Below, one piece after another: positions 30,421 through 44,140 of a DNA stretch of 64,000 nt (the stretch's first letter is position 1; the number at the start of each line of letters is the position of its first letter). The stretch is from the human T2T-CHM13v2.0 reference genome, Homo sapiens, in the NCBI RefSeq assembly GCF_009914755.1, contig NC_060938.1. One strand, written 5' to 3'. The position numbers and the translations under genes were made by a program. Under the pieces are notes generated by a model, which was not told where the DNA came from, made no database searches, and saw only the letters and a list, made by a program, of their open reading frames with translations.

Positions 30421-31799
30421 GGTGGGAATTAGAGCCCATGATGGGTGCATGTATTTGGAAACCATAACACTCCATCGGCACATGCGAGAGTGGTTTGCGA
30501 TGGAACTCAGTCCTCACAACACTGAGGAAACACAGTTGGGAGACTGAGGCACACAGAGAAGGTGGCTCACCCAGGGCCACACGGCAGGGAGATGTGGCAG
30601 CTCTGATGGGGACGTCCAGCCTGGTGGCATCTCAGCATACACAGTTAGGGGGTTCCTCTTAGAGAGAAGGAATACAAAATCCTGCGGCGGTGGATATTCA
30701 GACATGTGTGGAGTCCCAGCAAGTGGTCCATTCTATATTAGGCAAATATTAGAGACGGCAACGCAGCCAGGCCCTCCCTGCCAGGAAGTGTGGAAACCCT
30801 GAGGAATCAGCACCCGCTGTCACTCGAACCCAGGCCTGGACTCCTGCCCCAGTGCTCTTTCCACCAAAGCACCTTCCTCGAATGCACCCGGTTTCCTGGG
30901 AGTGAGCTTCTTTGCCACTGGAATGAACAAAAAATCCAGATGAGGATTTCAGGGTGGCTCTGCCCTGCCTGCCTCACACCGCCCTTTCCAGAACAGGCGG
31001 GGGAGCGCGAGGCAGGGCGGTTCTCGCTTGGAGACGGGTGGGTGGACTGGAGGGCAGAGGCAGGCTCTGGGTTCTGCACCCATTTACATATCCCCTGCGC
31101 ACTGTCCGGAGCACTCCTTCCCTTCCCTGGTTCCTCAAGGCACGGCTCCCCCAGGCAGATGAAAGCTTAATAGAGTTTTGCGACATGAAAGTCAGTCGGA
31201 GGAAAGAGCCTTGAACAGTTGTGCGTGAGAGAGAGGCAAGCGCCCGAAATTATTTTACGACAAAGGCAGCTCTCTCTGCCACAGAGGCACAGAGGAGAAA
31301 GGAGCCCAGGAAACGGGTCATTTCTTTCGTGGAAAAATGGAAATGCTCTGAAGCATTTTGGGAGACATGCTGTGAAGCAGGTGACACCAGAAGACAAGGA
31401 CACTGGGGGCTCCCTGCCGGGAGGCGCAAAAAGCAACTCCCGTTCGAGGGTCAGAGGAGCCTGGATGCTAATGTCTCTCCAAAGTGACTTGGAGCCAACT
31501 GCCGGAAAGGCCATGCCCTTAGGAGCACAGGCAGGTCCCAGCTCAGGTGAGCCTGAACCTTCTGCCCCATCAGGAGGTTCCAGTGGGAGGAGCTCAGGTG
31601 GGGAGGAGTTGGAAGTCAGGATTTCATGCCTCCCTCATTGGCTCTGGGGTTCCCTTTAAGGTGGACACTCGGTGTGGGCAGTGGGAGGCAAGAGTGAAGC
31701 AGAGGAGAGCAAGCGTGGTGGTTTAGCAAAGTAAAGCAAAGTAAACCTGGAGGGAGCAAATGACTTTGTCCTGGGTATGAAAGGGTAAGGCCCCATTGT

Positions 31800-32200
31800 A
31801 GGTCATTTATTCATTCAACAAACACGGGTTGAACTGTGTCTTGGGCTGGCCTCAGAGAAGCTCAAGAAAAGAAAGATGCTGTCATTGCCCCGAGGAGCCA
31901 CTGTCTGGCATGCAGGCCAACTGTGACAAGCTGTGGTCCAGGTGAGGTGGGGTCTGGACAAGCCAGGAGGGGTTCACTGTGGATGAGCCAGGGAATGGGG
32001 AGAGGCCCCAGAGACGGGCTATGAAGACCAGTCTTGGGGCAAGAACAGTAGGTGGGGAGGGGAGGGAGAACCTTCCAGCAGGAGGATGCACCTGTGGCTA
32101 AAGCTTGGAGGTGCAGGGAACGCCCCCAAGCACCTGGGGCCACAGTGCAGGGTGTGGCCAGGACAGGAGTCCTGGAGCTGGACAGCCTGAGGGGCCACAT
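31800..32200 (-). mobile_element. L2 LINE fragment
   Basis: tcatttattcattcaacaaacac... followed by typical antisense L2 text. Confidence 0.6.
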
Positions 32201-34619
32201 GGTGCTGGGCTCTGTTCCCAGTGGGGAGGGGTGGGACTGTCCCTGTGGACAGCAGGGGGCTACTAGGGGCCCTGGGGAGTGGCAGTGAGGGCAGATACAG
32301 GATGTGGCCAGGTGGCGCTGGCTCAGGCAAGTGGGATGGGGAGGGGAGCAGAGGCTGCAGCCAGGAGGGCAAAGGGGAGGTGGCTAGGCCATGGAGGGGA
32401 GGAGGAGCATGGGGAGAGGAGCATTGGGGGAGCTCCAGAAGGCCCCTGGTGTCAGAACAGAGGGCAGACCTGCTCCTCCTCCTCCCTCCCTCTCTGCAGC
32501 TGCAGCCGGAAGGGCCTTGTCCCTGGGAGGGCTGCCTTGACTCCTCCCCTCCAGCCCAGGTGACTTCCATGCCTCTCTGTGTCCTCCAGGGTGCTGGGCC
32601 CCTGGCCAGCCTGTGGCTCCTCCATGCCCCTGAGTGTGTGGGCAGCTCTGCGGGATGAGAGGATGTCAGGGCAGGGCCCACCCTGAGCTAAGTCCAGTTG
32701 TCATGGATTTTCCTTTGTTTATTCCATCTTGGGGTCAGACCTAGCCCAGTGCTGGCCAACCCAGCAGTTGTGCTAGCCCAGGACATATACGGGAGGTCTC
32801 ATGTGTGGCCCGAGCCCACCCTGTCTCGGTCCAGGACTAGGAGGCTGAGGGTCTGGCTGGGGGCAGCATCCCTGGACAGTGGGTGTGGCCAGGGGGGCTC
32901 CTTGCCGGGGGATATGCCACAGAGCCCCGCTTCACCACTCAGGGCTGTCCCCGTCCAGTTGCAGGGGACCTGCAAAGTTTGCTCCCCCATGGGGACCTGC
33001 AAAGTTTGATGGGTCTGTGTGGGAGTCACTTGGCAAAAAGGGGACTGGCTCCTACGAGAATTCCCAAGAGGATTCGAAATCCCTGGAGCTTGCCAGACTT
33101 CTGCTAGCTGGGGCCAGGGCACTGCCGTGACTCCTCAGTTCTCCCGCTAGGGAGATGGGGCTAAAAGTCTTGCTCTGCCCACCGCAGGGGCTTCTTGGGA
33201 GAATAAAACGAGGCCAAGCGTCTCCAGAAAGCTTGGGGCTTCTGCGATCAGGGGGTTGGGATGGAGGCCCCACAGAGCCAGTATCAGCAGAGCAGGGCAA
33301 TAACCCACATTTCATAATCCTTGAACTTGGACAAACAGACACTGGGTCCCATGTCAGCAGGCCTAAGGCCGGAAGGGTGGCTCGCCACCTTCTGAAGACA
33401 GGGATCAGAGGCCCAGACAGGGATTCCGGGGCCTTGGGGCCCCAGCACCATGCCCGAGCTCCACGTGAGAAGATGAGCTCAGGCCTCCGCTCCCTCTAAG
33501 CTGGTGGGTGGGAATTTGGGATGGGATTTGTGCGAGGTGAGGAAAATTGTTTCTAGTTTCCTCCTTATGGGGCCTGAGCTGGGCCCCTGTGTCTACCACT
33601 GGGGCAGGCCTGGGCCCAGCTGTGGATAGCTGCCATGCCGGCCACTTCACCTCTGGCTCTGCCAAGCCTTGTCCCCGTGGGGCCGCCCTCCACCCCGGCT
33701 CTACTGTGCCAGAAAGGAGGCCCCAGAGGCCAGGAGGCACCTGGTCAGCCCACACCTACACCGGCCAAGTAGCAGGTGGACTTTTCACGTGGGAAGCCAG
33801 ACCAAATCTCTGGGCTCCATTTTCCTGCTAAAGGGAAACAGAAAACCTGGAACCCATCAGTTGTCATTGGGGATGGAGGGGACAGAAGGGACAGGGCCAC
33901 CTCAATCCTGTCCCTCGAGACCTGAGACAAAGATGTACAAGGTGTGGAGCAGGCAGCGGGACCAGGTTCACTCCCAGAAACCTGGGCTTGGTGAACTAGG
34001 GGAGCCTGAGGCTTCGGGGTAACCGGAGAGAACGAGAGAGCTTCCGCACAGTGAGGCTCACGGCAAGTGCGCAGTAAATGTTAGCCCTGTGGCTGCCCTC
34101 CCCGGGACTCAGTTGACCCGTCTCGTCAAACAAAGAAGTCACTCAGAGCATTGGTTCACCCAGGTCCAGGGTGCTGAGAGGGCTGTTCTAGGGGTCTCTG
34201 GGTCCCCCATGCCTCCCTTCAACCAGGGAAACTCCCTGAAAATCTATTCTACATTTTGGGCTTCTGGATAAGAATTCACGGGAATAAAGGATCCCACAAC
34301 TAAAATACATTTTGTAAAAAGGCTGGTTTGGAGACGCATGTGCATACAAAGGGCAGCCCGCAGCCCTCCTGCTCCAAGTCTGTTGGCGGAACTTAAGCCC
34401 AGGCAGCCTGTGTGCAAGGGGAGGGCAGCCTGGCTCTGTAGGAGATGGCTGGTTTCAGGGTGGCCTTGACCTTACTATCACGGAGTTCAGTGACCTCTTT
34501 GCAGACCTGCTCTGGGCTCAGCTGGGATTCCAGGGACTATCAGCAATTGGAGGGGAGTGTCCCTCCCCACTGAGAGAGGTGGAGAAGGACAGGAGCAGAC
34601 AGCCCTGCAAATGACTCAT

Positions 34620-34795
34620 CCCTGCCCTCCGTGCCTCAGTGCCCTCATCTGTGAAATGGGTATAATAGGAGTGTCCCTCTTCATAGCGTTGCATGGATGA
34701 AATGAGATAATGCATCTAGAGCTCTTAGTGTGGGCGGCCTGGCATGTAGTAAGTGATCAATTAATGGTGGCATGAGTCACTGTTACTCATATTAT
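34620..34795 (+). mobile_element. MIR SINE
   Basis: gtgcctcagtgccctcatctgtgaaatggg...aaatgagataatgcat...ggcatgtagtaagtgatcaa. Confidence 0.8.
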
Positions 34796-35840
34796 TATTC
34801 ATATCGCAGTGCCCTTCGGCTTCTTCAAGAATGTATACTGAGCTGGCCTCACTCCAGAGTTGTTTACTTGTGCTTGTCTTCACAAGGTAATTGAGAAGAG
34901 GCCAAAGAGAGCAAGGGCCAGCCCTCCGGCCGCCTGCTTCCCAGGCCGGACTGTTTCCTTCTCCAGGGCCACCTCTGCAAACTCTTCAAAAGAAGCAAGG
35001 TCATACTCCCTAGTCTAAGCAAAGGAGGAAACCAAAGGCAGCTTTGATATGTCAGCTTAGGGAACAAGCTGACGGCACGGATCACAAGCGCTGGGTTCTG
35101 CCTGAGCAAATGGCTCTAAATGACGTACTTCAGGCTCTCCTCTTAATGTGCTGGGTGTTTATGATTTTTTAAGAAGTGCCTCATCAAAAAAAATGCAATA
35201 ATGATGCTCCTAACTTAACAGCAGCACTTTAGAAGAGATGAATTATTCACATCAGAGATGAAACAGGGACTCTACAAACTGGGCCAGCTGAAGCAGTCCC
35301 TTTCCCGGGAACTATTTTTATCTTTTTTTTACAGTCTTTCATCTTGGGAGACACGCGGTTCGCAATGTACGGGGAGCCCATTGCTTGGAGCCCAAGCTGG
35401 CAGGATGTCAAACCTGAAGTACTAGGCGTCTTGGAGCTTCTGCCTGGAGTACGAAATCCGAGGAAACTGAAGTGTGGAAAACGGGGCAGTAGCAATGTGA
35501 ATGAGGATGATTGAGGGGTGCTGGGGACTCCCTGTTTCTTAACCTTGGAGGGCTCTCAGAGGCATGCTTCTCCATCGTCGACCCAGGGCACCATGGAGCT
35601 ATCTTGCCCTTTCTTTTCCTGACATCCAATGATTCCCCACCTAATAGTGCATGGAGCTCTTGGGAAAGAGTGTATAGATTCTATATGGTGTGCATGGAGC
35701 AGCTGGCCCTGAGGAAGGAAGGGATTTCATTATTGCAAGGCTCAGGGGCAAGTGTGGACTAGCAGGGTCCCAAACTCTACAGGCCTTGACAGTCCAACAT
35801 TGTCACACTCAACACTCGCCCATTTGCTTTAAAAAGCACC

Positions 35841-36478
<638 letters not shown>

Positions 36479-37074
36479 AAAGGGAGCTAGGAAGATAGTA
36501 AGTAGTGGCTGACTCTTGGTGGTGGAATTACAAAAGCCTTTCCCCCCTCCTTTTTTAAAAATAATTTTTCTGTGTTTTTTAAGCTTTGCAGAAATGCCAC
36601 AACTAGCCATTCTTGCTTTATATCTGCAAAGGCACATCTATTATTATTTTTAATGACTCTCAGAGCTTGTTGGGAAATGGGACTGAGTTAAGCAGCTTCC
36701 TGGAAGGATCAGTGTCAGCAACCATGCTGTGGGGAGAGTCAGGGAACAGCAAGAGTGTCGGGGGCTTTGAGGACTCCAGAGATTTGAACTGGGCTCAGGG
36801 TTCAAGAGCTCAGGTAGGAACCAGAACCCCAGTGAGGGGTGATGGGGAAGCTTATTAGTGAGACACAGGAAGTGGCTCCAGTGATGGCTTCATGGCTTTG
36901 GCCTGGTGGGGCCTCTTCCGGTGTACACAGCAGGAAGCTGTGCTCTTCCTGATGGACGTCAGCTCCTATCTCTCCTGGGGAGTGGAGGCTGCTCTGGAGT
37001 GGGGCCAAGATCGGGAGGCCCAGGAGAGAAAAGGGCCTGCAATCTACCTCCCAGTCAACAAGATGCTATAATAA

Positions 37075-37250
37075 AAACATAGCCAACTGTCACTCAGCGT
37101 TTATTACGGTGCCAGGTGCTGCTTCACATACTTTCCATATTTTAACTCATCTATTCCTGAATTGCAATCTATGAGATAGGAACTATTATTGTCCCCATTT
37201 CACAGATGAGGAAACAGGTGCAGAACCGTGGAGTAACCTGCGCAGGGTCT
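37075..37250 (-). mobile_element. MIR SINE
   Basis: attattgtccccatttcacagatgaggaaacaggtgcaga. Confidence 0.8.
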
Positions 37251-37335
37251 CCAGTAGAAAAACAGGCCCTTGGTCAGATGAATTTACCCACTTCGGCCAC
37301 CAGGGGCGCTGTTGGCACAGCTTGAACTCGAGACC

Positions 37336-37612
37336 AGCGCTGTCCAACGGAAACCGAACGTAAGCCACATTTCTAAAAAGTACACAAGAAAAGTGAAATT
37401 AGTGTTATATTTTCTTTAACTCGGTATATCCAAAATAGTATCATCTTGGCATGTAATCAACACGACATTTATTAGATACTTTACTTTTTTTTTGTTAGAC
37501 TGTGTCTCGAAATCCAACATGCTGTTTGTACTTAAATGCACTTTAGATGTGAGTTCCATTTTAGGCACCCCGTAACGATATGTGGCTCGTGGCTGCTGCA
37601 TTGAACAGTTCA
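37336..37612. mobile_element. MER33-like DNA transposon, opposite orientation to the 35.8 kb copy
   Basis: gcgctgtccaacggaaac...tttaactcggtatatccaaaatagtatcatc...catgtaatcaa. Confidence 0.75.
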
Positions 37613-38094
37613 GCCACTAAAATCAAAGAACTAGCCCAGGATGGCGAATTGGTCCATCCAGTCTACCAACCCTGATTGTTGGTGTTGGTGCTTGGAGGCA
37701 TGCTGTGATTGATTAGCAATGTCTGCTGTGAACGTGGAAGGGGCACTGTGGGAGGGTCTGTGTCTCCTGTATACTGACTGATCATGAGCCATGCCAGCAC
37801 AGTGAAAAGAGACCTCTGTATTCCTGTGGGTGGTCGTGCACCAAGGGTTGTGGTGACCTCCCCCTCCTCTGCCCTCCTGTGGTTTTTACTGTGTGCGGTG
37901 GGCCAGGCTCCAGGTATACTGATCCTGGGTCCTGTGTTCACATTCCTGTGCCTCTGTTTTCTGGCTGTGACTCCAGATGAGCCACTATACTTCTGCGAGC
38001 CTCAGCTTCCATATCTGAAAAATAGGCGTAATAACCACTACTTAGCAGGACTGCTACATATATGAAGAATTGGCATTCAATAGACATAGAGTAA

Positions 38095-38720
<626 letters not shown>

Positions 38721-41700
38721 CTGGTCCCATGTTTTTTAATAACCACCCCCCTCGGCCACTGTAGACAAGGACGTTCTCTTCCCGGCCTCCAGTTAGGACA
38801 CTGGCTCTCCTCCAGCTCAGCATGCAGAGGCCTCCCATGGCCTGTGCCAGTTAGCACCTCTCCCAAGACACCTGGGGCCCCCTTCTGGGGAGGAATTTAC
38901 AATCAAGCAACATCTGGCAGAGAGTGAACTGTAAATGGTGAACACGCTGGCGAGGCAGCGACTCCAATTAGGAAACAACTAGATTTCTCTAAGTATGATG
39001 GGAAAGTAATTCTCTGGCCAACAGAGTTTAATCAGAATGTTTTATGCAAGACGTATCCCTGACCCTGACAAATCTTCCCCTTCTTGCTGGAAATTAAACA
39101 AATACATTGTCAGCGCGGATTCCGATGAGCGCATAAACAGATGTGGGCTGGTACAATCATGAAATTGAGGAGTTTCAATGACTGAGACGAGCAAGAAACA
39201 GGCTGGAAGCTCTGCTGTGTCCTCTAGGCTTTTAGCCATTCCTGCTGTGTGCTGGGGGCCCCAGGAAAACAAAGACTTTCTGCCTTGTCTGTGGCGTCTC
39301 TCCATACCCCACCCCCAAAGAGACATCCTTTTCCTCCTTGTGACCCTGTAGTCTAAATGGCATCCTGAATTCCCTTCGGTTCCAGCTCCTGCCACCCTGC
39401 CCTGGGAGCATTTGCCCCAGCATCTGTCTCCCCTGGCAGGCCGTTCTGATGTGTCTTCACAGCCCTGGCATCCGGGACAATGCCTGGCACACAGCAGACC
39501 TTGAACAACTGTTTGCAAGAGGAAGAGAGGGAGGGCGGGAGGGCGAAGTCCGGGGACTCTGCCTTCCAGGAGGTTCCGTGATCAAAAGCTGACTTGCTTC
39601 TGAGTCTGTGGAGCTGAGCTGCAACTCAGCCAGGCTGCAACTCTGTGTGAGGCACTGTTTACTGACCAGGAAAGTGGGCAGAATGGCAGGTGGTTGCTGT
39701 GAGAATTACTTAAGGCAGTTGACTCATCTGGCACAGAAGAGGCATGAGCTGGTGGTGGTGGCAGTCGGTGGCTCACACTCCATGGGAAGCAACACTCACT
39801 GTGCCGAGTGCCTTGGTGGCAGTGTCGGGGCAAAGACAGAAGGAAGGCGGGAGAAAGACCAATGGTTCCATCCCAGAGGAGGGTGCTACTGGGCTGGCTC
39901 TTGAAGTCCCAGAGAGGTGACTCACCTAAAATCTCTCAGAGGGGACGTTCTCGGGGCAGCCTGGCTTCCCCAGCGCCTTCGGAACCTAACACCTGGGCTT
40001 TCCCCCTTGCGCTTTCCCAGGCGCTTTTGGTAGCGTGTAGGCTCATGGACCCTTACCCAGGTCTTCTCATTGACTGTGGAAAATCACCTGGAAAACTTTA
40101 GAAGATTCTATTCCCCCAGACCAGCCTTGGAAGTTCTTGTTCAGGAACAGCAGGATGAACCCTGCCTCAGGGTTTGGGACAAACTGCCCAGGTGTGGACC
40201 ATCCATTTAGCAAATGACTGTAAACGGTAGTGCTTTAGTGACTTGAGCACTCAATGGGATCCAGACAGACAGAGCAGGTGAGAGAGGACTGAGTGGGTCA
40301 GAGCCAGCCTGGCCGAGTCCCTGCTCTCCACTCTCCAGCCCTTCCCACTGTGTTCACCTGGGGGCAGGGATTTCCATTGCACAGGGAAGGAATGTGCTGT
40401 GCCCAGGGACACCTCCCCCATGGATCCCCATCCAAGGACTAGAATGCTGCCTGGCCCCTTGCTACAGCGATCCCGTGCTTTCCTTTCTCTTTGAGTTGGT
40501 ACTGTTATCTCAACAGCCTTGGCTTTCTGGGTGAAGATCAGCAGCCATCCAGGCAGGCATTGCAGAGTGATAGATTCTAGGGTCAGACAGGCTGGTGCCC
40601 TCCTTATATTATTGACAAAGAAGAAAAAGAGCTCAGGGACAGAGTGGACCCCCTCATCATTCTGGCTTTGGAGATGTGAGACTGTGCTTCTCCTTCTCAT
40701 GAGACACAGGGAAGAATTCAGGGGGATAAGTACAGACTATGCCAGTAGCTCAGACAGTCTTGGCCTGCATCTCCAGGCGTCCAGGGGGTTGTGAGGTGGG
40801 TGGAGCTGGTGAAAAGTGCTGAGGTCGCCCTCATGCCTCCCAAGCCTACCTCAGGCATCTTGGAGAGGGGCTGCAGAGAGCTGACGCCTCAGCGGAACAC
40901 CCGCGGTAGTCCCCCAGCCCTCAGCCTTCACTCCCCTGGCCCTACCTCTCCCAGGCTCTTGGCCCCCTCTCTCCAGCCGCCTGTGTGACTGTAGCCACCA
41001 TCACGGGTCTGAATAGCACATGGCCTTCTGGGAGGCGAGTGGGGCTTGAGTCTCTTCATTTTACAGGTGAGGAACGTGAGCTTGGGGAGGCAGAGGACAA
41101 AGCCTGGCCTGCAAGACACTGAGCTTCACCTCTTCCAGGAGGACGACATCATCACCATTTCTCAGATGAGGAAACTGAGGCTCAGAGAGATGCAGTGACC
41201 CACCAAGGCTGAGTGCAGGAATGTTGGCCCTCAGCATCCACCCTGGGCCCTGCATTGCCCTGGTTGTCTATGTGGCCCCAGCCCTCCTGGGCCATTTTGA
41301 TCTGTTTTGTGCATTTGGGGCACGTGTATGAGAGCATGTTTGGAGAACTATGCTTTATAGCAAGAAGGTTTGAAATCACCAGACTCAGCCTTTCAGCGTA
41401 GGAGGGAGACTGAGGCTGGAGAGGGCGAGGCAGGAGCCTGGCCCACATGCAGGGCCGGGAGTCTCCCTGGGCAGCAGAGGGTCTGGGCAGAACATGGATG
41501 TCCATATGGTTATTAAGAAGGGGTGGCTGGGCACCCTGCCCGAAATGTCCTCGGTCACCCACTCACGTTCCAGGAGGCAACTGGGCCCCGGGAAGCGAAT
41601 TCTCCAGGCCTCCTGAGGAGCATTCATTAGCCACGCACACAGATGGAGAGCAGCGGCGCCCGGGAGGCCGGAAGCGGCCCCTCGCTGCTCGCCAGTGGAT

Positions 41701-44009
41701 CAAATGTTCCCTGGCTGGGTGGACATGGGTATTAGCCCTCTCTTGTCCCCTAAACGCTGATGCCTGGTCTCATCTCGAAAAAACAGTCCCTGTGGCAGTG
41801 CCAGGCAGCTGGGCTCTCACGGAGGGGGCCGCTTGGCCTCAGGACCCAGAGCAGCCGTGGCCAGATCTTCCTGTAGTCCATGCAGCTTCCCCTGGCCACC
41901 TGGCCAGTTGTGACCACACCTGGGACACCAGGCATGCACAGTGGGCCTGGCCTGGTGGCTCGCCCCAATGCTAACTCAGCGGCTGGCTGGGGTCGGAGGC
42001 ATGAGAAGGGGCAGTGGTCTCTGGCTTCCTGGATGGAGTCTGAGAGGCAAGGAGTGCCAAGAGCCCTGTCCAGTGCAGGGGGAGATGCGCACAGAAGACA
42101 AAGAGGAGGCAGACCAAGATGGACAGGGGCAGCGGTGAGGGGTGGGCATGAAGGAAGCTTCTGGAATCAGGCTGAGGAAGGGAGGGGGTCAACTGCTGGC
42201 TCTTCAAGAAACCCTGCTATAGCTGATCTGTAAGCTACGGACCACCCAGCAGCCTCACACATGCACACAGGTGCACATGTACTCACACCATCTACCCTCA
42301 CACACACCTGCGCACACACTCATATGTTCCCCCATGTACACACAGTCCCAGGCCATGCCCTGAGAGGAATGGGCTGTGTCCAGAGCCACTGGGGGCAGAG
42401 TCCAGTCAGCACATGTCGGGGAGGCAGGCAGGCGTCCTGGTGCACAGCCATGGAGGCAGCCTTCCCTGGGCTAGAATGCCTTAGAACCCCCGCCCCGCAC
42501 CCAGGCACCCAGGCATGATGAGGCCTTCCCCTGGCACAGCACAGGCTGGGCCCAGCAGAGCTGAGCTGGGCAAAAGTGATGCCCAGTTCTCTGTGCTCTG
42601 CTCCATTCATCTGGGCTGGGTCTCAGGATGTCCCATCCCCCAAGTTCCCCTGTGTCTGGGGTTCCTAGGTTTGGGTTCTTGCCCACCTGCCTCTCTGCCT
42701 CAGGAGGACGGAGTGGCCGCATGAGGAGGGGGCTTTGATTGGGGGTCTGGCTGTGACCGGTGCTTTGCTTGGTTACTGATCATGGGACCGCCAGCCTCAG
42801 CCTACTTGTCCTTCTGCGCAGGCATCTCCTGAGCACCCAGTCCCTGGCAATTCAGTCTGGTGAACTGGCTGCAGAGGCTGGGCTGAGGCTTCTGTGCCCC
42901 CGTCTGTTTTAATGACTTCCTCTAAGGAGGTTCAGGCTGGCTGCAGGCTGGCTTCCTCTGACATGAAGGCGTGTCCTTCTAGCAGGAGGTCACTGGGGGG
43001 CTGTGTCTTCCCGGGGTCTTCATTCCCACATGGGGCCCATCCCTCGAAACAGTTAATGGAGGCCTGCCAGGTGCTGGTGCTGGGCTGGCGTTGGGGCCTT
43101 CACACAGGAGGGCGAGCCTGAGACCCTCTGACGCACTCCTCCTTGCCTCGGCACAGCTCCAGCCAGGGGGACTGAGGGAAGGCTTCCCAGAGGCGGTGAC
43201 CCTGACATTGGGTTCCCAGGAGTGAAGAACATTTTGACAATCAGCAAGGAGAGCGTTCCAGACAAGGAAGCTGCATGTTGAGGTGAGGAGGAAGGCACGG
43301 CCCACAGCCCTGGAACTCTGGGAGCTGGGGCTCTTCTTAGGAGCCTCCTTGAGCACTTTTAAGCCTGATAAGAGCTATGATTCCTGAGGGCTGAGAGCAC
43401 TTAGCTTTTACTCCTGCGTCCTCCTACTGAGCACAGTGCTGATACCAGTATCAGTTGAATACGTGAACGTGCAAACTGCCCCACCCCCGCCTTGCTCCAA
43501 CACACACACACACACACAGACACTCTTGCAGAAACAAATGTTCAATGCTGGCTGACATACAGCGACAGAAGAACAATTGGGGGAAAACACTCCTTCCACT
43601 TCACGATCTTCGCACACGCTGTCTGCCTGACGGGGACACTGTGCCATGCCCGCCCCCAGTCTGTTCTCAGGGCGTGCTGTGTCTGTCTTATTCCTGCGGT
43701 GTCCCTCCTGCCATGCACAGAGCTGTCCATTGGTAAATATTTATTGCTTGAATTCATGTGCTCCAAACACAGAAATATGTGCTGCATACCATTTAGTAAA
43801 TGAAGTTGCTAAAGTGAATGTCCACACGGGGCTCCTGGCTGATGACAGAAGACTAAGACAAGAAAAGGGGAAAAGTGGGGCAAAAACGCACCAGGCTTCT
43901 GTTCAGCAATGTGTCTCCACTTAGAGAAACGGCCCCTGGCTGCCTGTCTAAGCCACTACTCCTTGCTCAGAGAACAAGAAGTTCCTTGCCTCTCTGCACA
44001 TGCGGAGCA

Positions 44010-44140
44010 ACCCTGAAGCCTCAGTTTCCCCATCTGCAGCATGGGGACAGTGAGGAGCCTACAGGGTTATTGTGAGGATGGGTCATAATAACATGGACAA
44101 AACACTCAGCGTGGTGCCTGGCACAGAGCAGAGTCCTGGG
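44010..44140 (+). mobile_element. MIR SINE
   Basis: gcctcagtttccccatctgcagcatgggg...gggttattgtgaggat...gtgcctggcacagag. Confidence 0.8.

Noticed and set aside
32964-33008. Short direct duplication GGGGACCTGCAAAGTTTG (similar ones at about 3958-3990 and 16866-16900)
   Set aside because: Two-copy micro-duplications from slippage are common and show no further structure.
37294-37311. CTCF-like CGGCCACCAGGGGCGCTG
   Set aside because: It is one G short of the core spacing (CCACCAGGGGGCGC), so it is a poor fit unless ChIP data show otherwise.
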